From Botryllus schlosseri (taxonomy: Eukaryota): a stretch of 64,000 nucleotides of DNA. Both the position numbers and the translations under genes were made by a program. Under the pieces are notes generated by a model that was given only the letters and a program-made list of their open reading frames with translations, searched no databases and was not told where the DNA came from. This document shows positions 13,201 through 29,400 of the stretch, piece after piece; position 1 is the stretch's first letter; every line of letters begins with the position of its first letter. Location: the NCBI GenBank assembly GCA_051294905.1, contig CM119371.1, positions 3,722,001 through 3,786,000 of the forward strand. The letters are read 5' to 3'.

Positions 13201-16200
13201 ACTATTTCATAAATGGACGAAAAGCAAATGAACTCTTCTGTAACCTGTGCTGAACCATTTCCTACACCACGGTCAGCGTTTTTTTTTAATCTCTTTGCAG
13301 TGCTGAGGCTTGCTGTAGCAATTGCAAAAAGAAATTCAAGTTTTCAACCAAGACTTCATCACGCTAGATCACACATTTGCAGATATGTTATCCCAATCTT
13401 ACCTCCTATCTTAGCTTAATTTACTGGGGCCAGAACCTTTCCGCATCCTAATGTTCATCAAATGCAGTCGAACAGTTTTGAGCAAGTGAAAATGTAAGTG
13501 CGAACCAAAATTTTGTATTTGGTAGTTATCAGGAGCTTCTTTACTCGTGTATTTATTTTAATTTTACACACCTTATCGGTATCATCCTTATTGCCTTACC
13601 AATTACATTTCATTCACCTTACTCAGCTCTGAGTATTCGTTTGAGTACATTTCATTGAAGTCTTGTATCCTATTCGCTATTTGTCGTTGCCAGTTGCTCG
13701 AACTTTTGATTGTTAGTAGTCGCTTATAAAAATATTCTGTGTTTTGTATTTTTCAGTGCTCATGATTAGGAAATTTCGAATACGTCCAAGTTTATTTTTT
13801 TCTAATAAAAGGATAATCTACGTAGTACAAATCATGAATGAAACATGAATAGCTTGAGATTGTTGCTAAATACGTCGCTACAGTTGTCAAAGAACACCTC
13901 TCTAGTCTCTACTGAATCAGTCAGACTTTTACCAGTAATTGTAATGATAATTGTACTTACATGTTTAACAGTAATTGTAATTGTAGTCAGGGTTTTAAAA
14001 AGACTCGAGTTACGATTTTCTGATGACTCGACTTGACACGAGTCATTTTCGCAAAATTCGGAAATGACTCATCACAACTCTAGTCAATCTGTGTATTGAC
14101 TCGACTTGAACTCGAGTCATTACGCATGACTCGAACCAAGTCATATGACTCGAGACTGAGACGGCCAAGATCGACATCTCATTGTAATTTCAAATAATAG
14201 TAAAGTGACCACACTATTGGCATTTCGTCTATTGGTACTAGTACTTAAAATGCGACCAGAAACTGCTACGAATGAGGAAAATTACTATATTAACATGCCA
14301 ACCATTCGATATCAACAACTGGGTTACCAAGACTTTAACTGGAAGCTGAGCCGTCGACACAATGACTTGGACTCGAGTCATAATACCATGACTCGGACTC
14401 CACCCTTTGATTGCTGGCATGGACTCGGTCGTGAATTGAAAATGACTCGATTTGACTTGAATCAAAACTATGAAAATGAGATTAACTTGTTACTCGGAGC
14501 CTTCGTGACTAGGTTACAACCCTGATTGTAGTTGTAATTTGATATTTTTAGCATAGAGTAATTGTAATCATATGTAATTAAAACATGTAATAAAGTAATT
14601 GTAATTGAAATCGAATTGATTTAATGCAATTGATCCAACTATGGAGGTCGCCCTATATTTAAATTAATACAAAGTGTACTAAATACCGCCAATAAAAAAT
14701 TTCAGTGGCATAAATCTGCTATTATTTGGAAAAGAGTTTGAGCGTACTTCAAGCCTTAAAAATTATGGACTTTGAGGTATATATTAATATTTTTATCCAG
14801 ATACAACGTGAACAGTTAAATTTCGAACATGTCCCGGAAAATCCAGTCGTAAGGCAATCCTAATAACTTGAGAATTTCGGACAATCAACAGGAGCAATGT
14901 TTTTCTGATGTAACGATGCGTTCGGATAATACCCACACCGCCCTGCGATGATCTAAATCAGTGATGGCGAAGAAAACGAATGTTGAGAAATATTCATAGG
15001 CCAAATTATACCCACTCTAGTGGCAAAATGTGCGCACCAAGTCCACAGGTTTGTGTAAAAATGCATCGCAAAGTAGTTCTTCATTGAAGCGAAAACGCAA
15101 TGCAAAATCGTTATATACTGGTCACCCGGAGATTAAAAAAGTGACAAAATATGGTTTTAATATCTGTTTTCGCAGCGCTACGTCATTTTTGGGTCAAACG
15201 GTCCCTGGCCCCAACAGAAACCTGAAACGGGATACAATTTTGATGAACCAAATTTCAACGTCACTGTTTATAGTTAAATCTATCTTATTCCGCACAACGT
15301 ATAGTCAGGGCTAACACCAGATCAGACCTAAAACAATGAGATAGCGTAGAAGCATACCAACTTATACCATCATTGGGGTGACTGCTGCAGCTGTTTATAG
15401 GCTATATCTATTAAACTCGCAAATTGTACTTTTGCCAAATTGATTGCTTGGGAATAAAAGTGTTACTAGATTAGAACTCACATGATCTGACAAATAATGT
15501 ACCATATTATTATGAACACCGGCTTCGTGATTAAGTAGTACAGTGACAAAAAGGGCATTAGAATTTGAATTAACATTTTGGAATAATTTGACTGGACAAG
15601 TCCACGAGCTATTCTAACGTTTGAATCCGGCCAACTACCAAGGTTGAGTTTGACACCCCTGTTCAATATCCTACCCTCTTATCGAGATGATTTTATTTGG
15701 ACGCCGGCATTAAATGGGAAATATGTCTAAAGATGGAAAAACTAGTATTCGATACACGATGCGATTTAAGTTGAAGGATAGGCTACTGCTTTTTTTCACT
15801 ATTAGTATACTGCTGGAAGTCACGCTAGTTATAATAGACGACCGTGAACTCACATGTTGATTACACGGTCCGTGGACATGGTACTCATTCGGGCCAGACA
15901 TGCGACTTACAATATACCTTCCGAGTGGCATATAAATTCAGTGGTGTTTTGTGCCTAAACTCACATGTATTCTTTTTTTCAGACACCCCGTAATGATCGT
16001 CAATAGCTCATCATTTATCTTGCAGATGAATAACTTCAAGCACTTCAGGCTTTCACTTCTTGCTGCAAGCGATCCAACGATATGAGCCTCATCGCGACTC
16101 AATGAGATCTCAGATGCATTGATTTCGGAAATTTGTTTCATAAGATCGCTGTCTCCTGATTCATAGATTGCTGTATAGAGTTCCATGCGAGCGTGCTTGT

Positions 16201-17370
16201 CCTCCTTGAGATGTGAACGAATCGATCCGACGAGAAATCGCTTTTTCAGCGACCGATTTGACACTGTTAGACAAATATTACACCTCACTATACGATATTA
16301 CAATGGAGTAAAGAGGAACCACAGAGGCACAGCCAAGCGGTAGAGTTGAAGGCATATTTGCCCACAAATGTTTGACTCGTACGCCCGTTTTCACAACGAC
16401 GCAGTGAATCCAAGACGTTATGTCATTGTAGTAGACTATAGAACCTAGAGTTGCATTGTTAAAATTTCCAATCACCCGTTGCAGATTTTTCGGCTGCTTA
16501 CGCGACTAATTTACGCTTACTGACTGAATATGAAACAGTTATGACTGGATTGATCTATTACAGCATTGTCTTGGGATAATAGCGCGACAAAGCACAGATT
16601 CAATAAGCTCATTGGATCCGTGCCCACCATACGGTCATGCGTTTACGATTGATTATTCCCACAATATTCAAAACAGTGGTACGAAGTAGTATACGAAGGT
16701 ACGCACGCTATCAGAAATGACATTTCTGTGAGGTCTTGATAAAACTACAGCATTGTCACCAAATCCAATGTGGTTGGTATGACCAAAAATATTAAATAAT
16801 GGCCATGTTATGGACACAGTACTGTTTTTGTGGCTTTGCGTATCATACGGTCAGTGGTGGTGTCATGGGTCATGCTCGCATACTCCACTGGTCTTATAAC
16901 AAATCTAATGACAGTAGAGGTCGGCCGATATTGATTTATGCAGGCCGGTACCGATTATCGACACACTCGAAAGGCCGACAACCGATATCATAGGCCGATA
17001 TTAATATGGAAGGAGCAGGGAACCATTTCGTTAAAAATATTATATATCAAGCATGATGGCATTTGTCCATGCCACAGAAAGCTGAACAACAAACGAGAAA
17101 AATGAAATTAGAATGAAATATTGCTCGATGGTGCCCATTCATTGATATTTGGGGTAACCTGGCCAGCAAAACATGATACAGAATTGCTGATCAGCCAAGT
17201 AGAGGTAGCTTGTAATTTGGGGAAGCATACTTTGCCTGCATACTCACTGCTCAGTGCTCACCCAGTTAAACTCGTGCTGCAAGGTTAAATCTGTCACGTA
17301 TCGCCTTTGATGGTGCCGATTTCTCGAGATTGGAAACACGGAGCATTGAATTTTCAATATTTTTGAATAT

Positions 17371-17401
<31 letters not shown>

Positions 17402-20400
17402 TATTCGTCAACCATGAAATATAGTAAAGGCAAACATTCACGTCCAATAGTATACATTTTTTTAAATTTTCCTAACTATAATTTACACGGTATAGACTGG
17501 GAGACCCGATATGACCGAAGTCTTCTAGGCCGGAGTCACCCAAGCATATTTGCAGTATTAATTATAATATGGATCAATTTCTTCTCTCAGTCAAGTAGCA
17601 CCGCAAAGAGTAACGAAATAAACAAAAGTAAATAAAATATATATATATAAAATATGGTACCCGATCCCAGCATTTCATGGGCTGATATCGATAATCAGGA
17701 AGGTTCCAAATATCGGCCTCGATATCCGGTCAGGTTTATAATCGGTCGACCTCTAACTAATAGATTCGAAACTCCAGTCGTTACGCTGGAATCCACAATG
17801 CTGAGCATGTCAATAATAGCATAATTATTACTAGTGGCGACCAGAGTGTTAAAATCATTAAAACTGAATTTAATCGAAAACAGATTTTGAAAATATCAAT
17901 TAAAGTTTGATCAGAGTAATGAAACCACCCCTAAATAGCACTGAAAGGTCATGAAATCGGCATTGTTCGAACAATCGGACCGCCACAGCACAATGACGAC
18001 AACAATGGTCAAATGCGTCGCGCGACCGTTTTGAACAACGAGGGATCACGATTAGTAATCAAAAATTGGACTCAAAGCCTGACACTCAGTTCAGAATTGA
18101 ATCACTCCGATACTTGATATATGATCAGACCACACTCGCATCTAGGGACAAATGTGTGCTTTCTCACAGATTCATATTTTCAGTCTTGAGAGTAGCGGGA
18201 ATACGATAACTTTTCGAGAAAAGTAGCCAACATCACGGAAAACTATACTCTCCGATGAGACTCACCTTCATGAAGGTTATCCTGTGTTTCGTCGTAAATG
18301 ATGCCGCACACGAATCTGCGGACGACCGACCATCGCTCTTTGTGCAAGTGTTTAGAGTTGAACCTTATGAACTTTGGAAGCGTCATTTCCACTACAAAGC
18401 CCGCTGCAAGAAATTCCTGGAGACTTTGATGACAGAAGAAGAAAATGAAACTGCCATCCATCAGATTGCAATTGAGGAAGTTATTTCCGGATCCGGGAAC
18501 CTTCATCATGAGATCTCGAACTTCTTCTTTTGAAAGTCCAAACTTCTTCAAATCATTTTCAGAGAATGTCACTCTTCCTTCTTTCATGCCACGATATGCC
18601 ATCGCTTTCAATTTATTGATAACTCCGGCGATAGCATCAGACGTTCTAATATTTTTCACGCTGCTTAAAGTGGATATAATTTTCTTGTAGAGTACTGTGA
18701 CCGTCTTAGGAGGAGGCTCGTTCGGATTCTTGGCCATGATCACTGCGGTTAAAACCAGAAAAACGGGAATGGAAACTAAATTGATCAGTCTTGGTGACAT
18801 CTTTTCTATCTTTTCCCATGCTTCATCACCGTTTTGACGTATCAGAAACACAAAAAGCTTCTTTGCGTCATCCAGGGTCAGACCAGATAGTGTGATAATG
18901 TCGGCAGGTCGCGCTTCCGCGGGTAAATCCGAGACTTGGAATTCCCGGGAAGAGATGACGATTTTTGTATCACCGAGTAGATTACGTGAGAGAATATTGT
19001 ACATGATCGTTGCTGCTTCAGCTTGAGTATATGGATTTATGTTCTTGTCGCCATCTCTGTTGATTTTCCACGTAGCCTGATCCAAGCCGTCGAAAAATAG
19101 TACTGCTTCTGATTGATGTTCGAACAGCCACTGATACGCATGATCCTCGTCGATCTCATTCTGAAAGAGGCCACCGAAGAGAAATTTGGATGGTTTGATC
19201 AATCCTTCATCTCGCATGTCTTTTATTTCTATATAACATATCAATTTGTACTTGAGCAGAGAGGGGCTGACTATGCCTTCCGTATTTGTAAGTGAATGGG
19301 CTAAATTTTCTCTAGCGATTCTGCGCATGAGAGTGGTTTTCCCAGATCCCGCAGACGCAACTATAGCGGTGATAGAACTTTCCCCGGTAATAAGTTGTTG
19401 CAAAACTTCATTTAGCTTGATGAATTTGTTGTCGTCAACTTCTTGTCGGAGAAATCCGAATTCCTTTCTGAATTGATTTTTGACAACCTCTTTCTCTTTC
19501 CAGAAGAATAATTTTCTTTTCACTTCGACTTCCATTCCGTGCACCTCTTCATAATTGCCTTTGAAATATTCCGACTTAGTGACTCTTCTCATCTGGGGAT
19601 GTACTTGGAAATCAGGTTTGCTGAGATCGTCGGCGCCGATGTCTTCGAGGATTCTGTCCGCCGTCTTTTTAGACGCATTATCGTTTATGCATTTTATCAG
19701 GGTTGAAGCTTTTTCTGGAAGATAACAATATCCTTTCTTCATTATATTTTATGAATAGAAATGATCGGACAAAAGCTGTTACCGCTTTTTGGTGATATTT
19801 TATATGACCTAGGACCTAGGTATTCAAGAAAGATGTGGAGATTTATACTGTGAATATTGCAGAATTTAGAGGGGCACCGGCGTTCTCAACCTTTGTTCAG
19901 CCAATATTCCGGTTTTAAAACTTCATGTGGCTTATCCTAGAGTCCTGGTCCTGTTCAGTGCGCGGTAATCGCCGCCGCGGATATGCCTATTTGTCTAAAA
20001 TATGTGCATTTATCTCTTACTAATCATATTTAAATTTATACCTCTATACCAAGATTGATCCACCTGCCGGCGTTAAACAAATTTTGTGCGGTTTACAAGC
20101 AACTCAATTAGTATGTGTTGGCGGCCGTCGACATGCAAATTGAATAGACTGGCTAATTTTTGAAAGATTTCAATCATTCATTTTCAATTCATTTATCGCG
20201 TCAACGACAGGCCTGAACAATCGCATAAATAGCACGCCATGTGCGCAAGATATAATCGCTGGCCTAAACACTATAGTCGCATTTCCAACAGACCTGGTGC
20301 CAGTGTTGGGATCAAGTCACTACCTTCGAGTCACGAGTCATTTCGAGTCATTGCACATTTTGACTCGAGTCAAGTCAAGTCAATCGGTTTTCGAAGGTGA

Positions 20401-23400
20401 TTCGAGTCAAGTCAAGTCACTCGATTTTTGGAAGTGACTCGAGTCAAGTCGAGTCAAGTCACGAGTCCAGTCAAAATTCAAGTCAAGTTGCCTTTTCGTA
20501 GTATGAGGCAATATTACGTAATTACATTAGGCTAGCTGTCTGAAATGCAGATTGAGTAGTCATTGATTTTGAACCGATGAACGAATATAGAGTTGAATAT
20601 ACACCAAAGAAGGCTCTGTATTGCTCAGACGCTCGCATATACGTAGCCTCAGTTTATAGTTACCAACCAACATACAGAATAGAGAAAGGAATTATTAAGA
20701 TGCAATACATTACCCTTTACCCATTTACATATTGATATGAAACAATTCGAGCCTGCTCCAATGGCTGAGGAGTATATAAACTATATTCGAATTCAAAATA
20801 ATAAAAATACAAGAGGTTTGGTTACGGTAGATAATTTTCTATTATATTACTTTACTACTAGTTTACCACAACGTAAGCTGTGAGCTTCGATCACTTCGTT
20901 TGTGGTCAATTTATTTGTGAGATAACAATGGAGGCTCAGTAAAACGCACGATCATTGAATGATTGGTCGCTCTCACGGGTTACACCAGCGTCTCGCGAAC
21001 AATCCGAACATAAACAAGATATTGTGATTTTTATCGACACCGATTAATTGATGACTTGAAATTGACTCATGAATTTTGCTCTGAGTCACGAGTCAATCCT
21101 CATTTCTGATACGCCGAGTCAAGTCAAGTCATATTAGCAAAGTGACTCGAGTCAAGTCAAGTCATGCGAAAAAGGTGACTCGAGTCAAGTCATGACTCGA
21201 GTCATTCCAACACTGCCTGGTGCGCACAACGCTATCGTTTGCTTGAGCAATCACATCTATAATAGGCCTCATGCACAAGATATCGTCGCTGGCCTGAACT
21301 ATCGCGTCTCGGGCCTCGCAGGCTTTGGCTGTTATCTACTATCGTTTTGAGACAATGCCGTTAAGTGTATTATGATTAGCTATGGTTGTTCAACAGTACA
21401 GTGACATCGCAAAACAGAATGAAATCGAATACAAAAACATAACTATTCATATACTGCGAATGCGGGATGCGTACTATACATGGGTACAGGCTTTTTACCA
21501 GAATTTACACGCCATTATATTCGGAAAATGTGGTAGTAGCGCCATTTTTCAGCTAAGCCCCACAGTACAGATCGGAACAAAATCGGAAAATGATGCACCC
21601 CATATAGAGAAACCAAATTGGAATCATCTGTTTATAACAGGGGTTCTCAACCTGGGGGGCGCGAGAAATTGACAAAGTCAGTATAAATTGTACGTGTCTG
21701 AACATGTGTTTCACATCCATTATGAGAAGACGATTAATGAAGATGAAATTTATTCCATATTCAAGAAAGCTTGCAAAATACAAACTCTAGCAACCGCGCT
21801 CAACGGAGTATAGTCTGATTTCAACTTCATTTGAGCAAATTTTTGAAATTCTTTGGAGATATAGACAGCAATTCCCACGTGTAAGTCATTCATTGCTTCA
21901 GTAGCCTAAAGCTTGTCGCGCTGGGCAGCTCTTGTTAGTAGCTTGCGAACTGCACTGCCTAAGACAGACTTAGATGCAACATAGGTTGCCCGGTTTCGCC
22001 CAATTAGGCTATAAATCAACACAATTTAATTAATTTCCAAAACTGATCAAATTTAGCCTGGCAGGACAGAACGACGCCTTGCTCGCTGTACTCACTACCA
22101 GCATCAGGATTAGTCTCAGGGTGACCTACCTTGAAATTAATTAATGAATGTCTTGTTCCATTTTTGTTATTTTCAAACAAGTTTGGAGAAATTTGTCAGC
22201 AATGTAAAAGACTCAACAAGTGAAAGGCAGATTCAAAACTGGCGTAAGATATACCTTATGTATAATACTACTAGATCAGTGGTGGGCAGCCTGTGGCCGT
22301 ATAAGGGAATTTGAGCGGCCGTCGACGCCTAATTCAATTAGTATGTGTTGGCGGCCGTATACATGCAAATTGCAATTACGAAGTCACTCCCGCATTTTCG
22401 AGAGATTTTAATTAATCTTGAGATTTCCTTCGCCCTCCGCGCAATTCAACAAGACTTCATTTTTCAATTTTAATGCAGTAGCGCCCTTCTTAATCTGAGC
22501 CAGAATGGGAATTGGCAAGAAATAACAATTGGTTCACGGCCCTGAAAAATTTTCGCGCTCCGCGCAACAAATGCACCTCCCGGCAACTATTCATAACATT
22601 TTCACTCGCGATTTCGGTGCGTACAATAGGCCGATGTGAAAAGTAGAATAGTCCGGAGTTCACCGGGAATGGATATGGACAGTTTACCGTAGGAATTTTG
22701 CGTCCATATCGTTCATTGCGGCTATGCCCAGGAATGCGGTCTCACGCTACATAATCAATCGAAATGCGGCCATTATTATCGGAAACGTTGCCCACCTCTG
22801 TATTAGATGATGTGCTCTTTTTGACATGACGATAAATGCAACGGGGGTCAGGGGGGCGCGATTTTTCTGACCATCTCCAAGGGGGGCGCGTGTCAAAAAA
22901 GGTTGAGAACCACTGGTTTATAACGAATGAAATTTGTTTCTGGTACGTTTTGGCGATTCCAATATATTTCCACTCCAGCGACAATCGTAATGGAATGTAA
23001 AGAAATAACAGCATGCAACTAAGTGACTGATAAAAATTGGCCCATGCGAAGATCCATCATCACTTATAACTTGCCCTAAATTTTTGAAAACACCTCCTCC
23101 ATCAACTCTACCGGTTAATATGAGCACACGGGCTGAGAAAAAATGAATGTGAATAGGAATATGACAAATTTCTAATAATAATGAGAAAATTCATAACTAA
23201 ATCTTAAAATTTCTGTGTGACGATGACTATCCCAGCCTTACATGACCACTGACCAGTCACCACTCACGATTTCGGTGTTTATAGTAAGCAGATATGTGTG
23301 AATGTTTTTGTCCTGAGGTCACCGGAAATAGATACCGAACCATTTTAACATTCCAGTAGGCTATAGATAGGCCTATATCATGTCCAGTTCATAACGACCA

Positions 23401-26400
23401 TGCCCTTGTATGAGGCCATAGTGTATGGGTACATTAGGCATAGGCGGGTGCCTATCAGCGGGAAGTGTTGTGCTATTTAGCGAGATTCGTTTTCGCTGCA
23501 CAACGGCAAGCGATCTCTTGCTGAGTGGGTTTGCAATTTTTACGCGAACAAAATCAGGTCATTGATTGCTGTACATGCGCGATCCTCGCAGGCCTGATTT
23601 ATCACGTGAACAACAGGCCGGAAGAATTGCATCTACAGCAGTCCAGGTGTACAAAATATCATAGCTGGCCTAAACAGTCACATCTGCAACAGCCCGGTCA
23701 CGCACTAAACATCGTTGTTAGTCTGAAAACTATCGCATCTCGGGCCTCGCAGGCTTTATCTGCTTTATACAATCGTTTGGAGATAATGCCGTTTAAGTCC
23801 AGAGCCAATGATTAGCGATGGTTTCGCCATGATGGTGCAGCAGTGACGTCACAAAATAGAATGACATCATATCGCCGCGAGCATACTATAATGTGCGTAA
23901 TCTATTTCCGGTAATACTAAAACACAACCATCGCTGGTAACTTGTCATACATGTAAGTTCGTCAAAACAGGAAGCTTTTATAACGAGCATATACTCATTT
24001 GCTATGCATGCACTGTACAGTAGTTGCTCTCAATCTTCTTGACCTCACGGACTGGTAAAACTTCAAAAAATGTTGAGGACGGTCATACTTCAAAAATCGA
24101 AATTAACTCTAAATTCAATCAGGGTACTGGTACGACAATTGTATACAGCTCTGCCAACTTACATGTGCTATTGAAAACTACATTCAATATTGTTGTTTTG
24201 ATATTGGATATTTATACATGAACATTTTCGAGTTTCTGCTCGGTTAAGCTAGCGAAGTCCTGTTAAAAACCACTTGGTTGTGATTGTTGGCTTTTCTCCG
24301 AAAGATATTGCTATATGCTATTCCAGTGTTTATTAACCTTGTCGCCAGCACGCCCAACGGGCGTTTTGGATTTTGAAGGGGGAGGAAACGCTGAGGGGGA
24401 CAAGATGGGGGTTGCTGGGCTCAGGAAAGCGTAAGGGGGGCCCTGAAGAGAGTGCAGTAGCGACATAGTAGAACAACATTTCCATATATCCCCAAGTTCT
24501 CATTGTAAATTAGCATTCGACAAAATCTGTAACATCTCGAAATTTTTCCTCGCACTGCGCGCGACATACATGCTGGCCTTGTTTGCAACATGTTTCCATG
24601 TATGCAGTGATCTATAATCATTAGGGCAAGTTTTGTTGCACTAAAATCGCCGAAAGCAGCCTAATTTTATCAAAGGTTACAGTAAAAAGGTGCATTTATA
24701 ATTTTTGTTCAAGTATTAGGGTATGAGATAGTCAAAAGGGACCGTTGTATAACTTAGTTCCTCCAGAGCTGACAAATTTGTTACTTCGTCATCTAACTGT
24801 CTGACGAAACCGCCGAAAATTACATTTTTCACGGCAAACAGCAATTAAGAAAATCAAGCAATCCGGGAATAATTTCCCCCCAAAAGCCAACAGCATAGCG
24901 ATTACCCCCTCCCCCTATAACAAGTCAAATAACACACCCCAAAACCTTTCGGTCTGCAAGCTTGACCCAAGCCATTACTAAAAAAACTCACTCCTGGCGA
25001 CTTCATCAAAATCAATAGGCTCTAGCCTGAAAAAGGTGACCCAGGGTAAATGTAATTTTCAGCGGTCTCGCCTTGGCGTTCGTGAAATGGGAAATTATTG
25101 TAAATTTTGACGAGAGAATTAATACAGTAATCTATTTCCATATCGTTCGGTCACGGTCGTGCTAGGCAGGGGTAGTTGAACAATGAACATGCTAGCATGC
25201 CATTGTGGCATAGATAACAGTGAGACGCAGCTAACCAGTCAGATAGCTCTTTGTTATGCAAATCAATGAGAATAGAGCCATACTAGAAGTTGTTTATAGC
25301 ATGTTTTTAAATCACTCCTTTACATTTTTACGCAATAGTTGATCAAAGTTACGGTAAAAATTAGCATGAAATATAGAAAAAAGTTGCAGAAAGTTGCACT
25401 ATAAAATCCTTTCAAACAGCTTAAAACATTATAGTACATAGATTCCGAGATTTCAAGTATTAGAAATGGACCTTCACAATTTGAGAACTTGACATAAGTC
25501 ACTTTGATTCCACGGCGACGATATATTTCCGATATTGACCGTGCCTACTGTCTCCTCTGCTAAGCAATCAACGAATTATGTACCCACCATTGCAAAGCGA
25601 TATCAATTTTCTATAAGCCGTTTCTTAGCTGTACCGTACTAATTAGACATGATTTTCATTGCAAGATGATGATAATCCTACCTATTACCGTGGTAGCATC
25701 TTTATCGGCAGGCAGCTGTATCATTCAACAAATTGACAACTGACAGCCTATAACACGTTTTCGCATTATGATGCCACACACAACGCCACTTGATTGAAAA
25801 CTCAGGACACCTTAATCAAAGCCTCGACTAACTAGCAGTAACCATAGGGCGTGACCTTTTCCAACTTTCCGCGTTGCGATTAGCAGTATTGATTCACATG
25901 ATTGCCATTTTCTGGATCAACAAACTTTCTTATCTTCGCCCTAAGATCGCTAATTCCCGTTAAAATACTACCATCATCATACTACCATCACTTTACCTCG
26001 GGTTAATTTCTACAAAATGCTTTGAAATAAGTATTTTATACCGCAGCGAATAACGTGTTGACATTGAAGAAAGAGGCACTGCCCCACTTTTGAAAGTGAG
26101 AGTGAGAGCCATTTGTACATTGAAGATGCTTCAAATCTCTTTGGTCAAAATGATTAAATAAATATATTTGTATATGATAGTTACAAAATTAAATCTTCAG
26201 AATATTTCTTCATCGTATCATCAAGGATGATACTCTTTAGTGTTGCGCAACCTAACATGATGTTTTTATGAAATGGGTTGCTTTGATCGGAATACCATCA
26301 TGTTGAAGTTGATGGGCCAGATGGTATGAGCCCGTACCCTATGGTTGTTACGACAACCTAGATTTGATCCCGAATATAGCACATACAATTATCATAGCGT

Positions 26401-29400
26401 TAATTGGTCGAGTGGTCGTCGGGCAAGACAGCTATTTCCAATAGTGAAGTCACATAACCCAAAAATAATGACCCAACTTCGAACTCTTACCCTTCGTTTT
26501 TACTGCCGTCCTAGAAATACGGGGACGCCAGACACAGGCAATTTTCGAAAGGGCGCTGCAGGATAAAAAGTTGAGAACCACTGTAGGCTACTATAGCCTC
26601 TACCATGTGTCACTTCTGTTTAAAAGTCTGTTTAAAAGTAGCTTTCACATATAATCTGTCCGAAACGCGTTGTAAGCTACTTTTGAATAGCCCCATACCA
26701 CACTCGCATGAACACCCGAAAAATACAGCTAATTTGTTATTACAACCCAGTGCAAAATACGTCGTAAACCCCAAGCTTCTTTCATTTTTAAATTCAGATA
26801 AAAAATTTAATATATTTGGTGGACCAGCACTGGTGAGATCCACTGCTGTACCGTAGGGCTCTTCAAAAATGAATTTTTTCTCAAATCGCACTGGCTACTT
26901 GATAAAACTGTTAGGTTACCTTATTTAAGCCTACACGTAAAATTTGGTTCAATTCCAAGCAGTAGCCGCATTGCTACAGGAGAACAAAGTTTCTATTTAT
27001 TATATAGGCTAAAAATAAATAACAAAAAATTTGAGAATTTTCTGTTCACCCCATGAAAGTGTTAGGTTGTCTGTAGAAACAATGTTCACCAAATTGGGTT
27101 CAATTCCAACCAGTGGAAGCGGAGTTATTGCCATCGAAAAATTTGGATTGTAATAAAGTAGTATTTACGGTGGGCGCCATTATAATTAATAATTAAATAA
27201 CTATCACCTTTTCCACTGTCTAAAGTTAGCCCATTCTGATAAAATATGATAGGGTAACTTTGGACATCATATTTTCTTATACTGATCGAAGATTGAGCCC
27301 ACTGAGATTTTTGCCGTGGATTAAGACTGAGGTATCTACAGCCGAGTTTTGAATCTATGACTAACATGCCATCTATGATTGGTTGAAAGAAATTCAATGA
27401 CCATTAATTTTGATGAAATTGACCACCACCGTTAATTTATCAATGTTGGGTCAAGTTTATCTCGTGACACGACACATCCAAGATATATGCAGTTTCGGTC
27501 AACATGTGACTTCACGAAGTGTGCTAGAAAAAAGCCATTGGCTGAGGCTTTGTGCATGTATCCATTGTCCATACCCGCGCTGGATGGGCGTGAAGAATCT
27601 TGTCTTGCTACTAATCAGTAAGGGCGATTTTTTGACATGTCAAAAAAGTCAAAATTAGGTCAAAATTGTAGCGTTTGGTCAAAAAATGTCAAAATTGTTG
27701 TCAAAAAAAAATATTTGCAACCTGCATTTCGTTTGTGTCGTAGATTTTGCACTGTCTATGAACTTATCATTTTACATTTTACAGCTTGTAGCCCACTTCA
27801 TAGGCCTACCGTTGTAGACGGCCCGTTGTCTGCTCATTGTGAATTATGAACATTCAAATTAAACGTGGTTGACGTGCTGTTATGCTTAATGTACCGCAAT
27901 ATCCTAAGTGAAGCAAGACTCCATAGGCATTGCATGGTTTTTATATCAAGAAGCGTATTGTGAAAAGTTGTGATGTCCACGATTGTCAGAATGAAGCAAC
28001 ACGGTGTTCTACCCGCAGTGTACGCACAACATCGGTGTTGTCAGCCAACAGCTGCTACAGTTAAACATTTTCTCTCCATTCTTGGCAAGCTACTTATTAA
28101 GGATAGACACTTTCTACTAGGGATGGTGTGAACCTCTGAAAGGTTCAGGTTCGTGTGAACGTGAACCTTTTTGAAAGGTTCTGTGTGAACACGAACGTGA
28201 ACCTCATGACGTCACGTGACGTCATATTGCTAATTTAAACCCCAAATTTCAATTAGGTGATTGCCTATATTAATCTACTGTACACGATACTGAGCGACGA
28301 CTCGCGGCCACATAATAGCTCAGTACTTAAGTACATATTCACGTTTGAAACGTCGCCAAATGAATCAACTGGGGCAATCAAATGATATAATAATCCCATA
28401 AAATCAGTATCTTGCGTCGCTTTGCTAACAATTTTGACCTGATCGGACAATGTATTCGGCGTCCGAGTATTGCCACATGGATATTGAGCAGAGTGTAAAA
28501 TGGGTTTCTATACTTGCTACCGATCAACAAGTTATACAGCAGTATAGCCAACACCCCAGTCGCACGAATTTGGTTTTTATGATACAGTATACATATGTAG
28601 TCAAGATTGACCCCGTACGCCTGCTGAATTTTTACATCAGAAGACGATATCAATCTCATTGATTGGTTGAATAAGGATCATTTGCTGACAAAATACAGTG
28701 TATTTCGCTCTTGATGTCATGTGATTGCGGGTCAAGCTCACAGCACAGAGACACTAATTGTGCACAAACGGAAGGCTGGATATTTCGAGCAAACTCTTGC
28801 AACAATACGAGTAAATTTTTGAGATTGTCAAGGGCATGCTCGTTTAGAGTTGAATGTTTATGCTGCCATCCCCTTGCATAGAGTGGCCCGCAGTTGAAAG
28901 TCAATAAATTTGGACCAAGGATGTTATAATGAAGTGAAAATTGCAATATCTGAAAAAGGTTCACAGTGCAGAACCTACCAAGGTTCTGTTGTGAACGCGA
29001 ACCTCAAATTTTCCGAGGTTCACACACAGAACACGAACGTGAACCTCACGTTCACACCATCCCTACTTTCTACCCGAGAATGTAGGAAAGTATCTTCGTT
29101 GTACTCCAACAAATTCGGATTATTTCTACCATATTACGTAATGTAACCACTGGAATTCTTAATAGGGCCAGATTTCATTCAAATAAAATAAATGTAATGT
29201 AAAAATTTTGTCACATATTGAGTCAAAAAGGTTTTTGAGGGCAAACTACTTCGTAAGGACAGACAGTTCGAACTAGAAATGATGATAAGTAGTACAATTC
29301 TAAACACCTAATTAGCATAAATTACGTCGAAATTTGGTTTATATAGGTAAACAAATGTCAAAATTTATATTTTTAGGTAAAAAAAATCGTCCTACTAATA

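Noticed and set aside
19715..19742. ATG at 19742 as the NLR start
   Set aside because: A strong acceptor at 19714 is phase-compatible with the upstream exons, so MKKGYCYLP is probably intronic.
22918..23132. Extra NLR exon in the 10-kb intron
   Set aside because: Good phase-1 acceptor, but no convincing donor or recognisable protein; left out of the model.
24324..26583. Single hAT element spanning 2.3 kb
   Set aside because: Termini are only loosely complementary and the flanks (tgctattc / taggctac) do not form a TSD.
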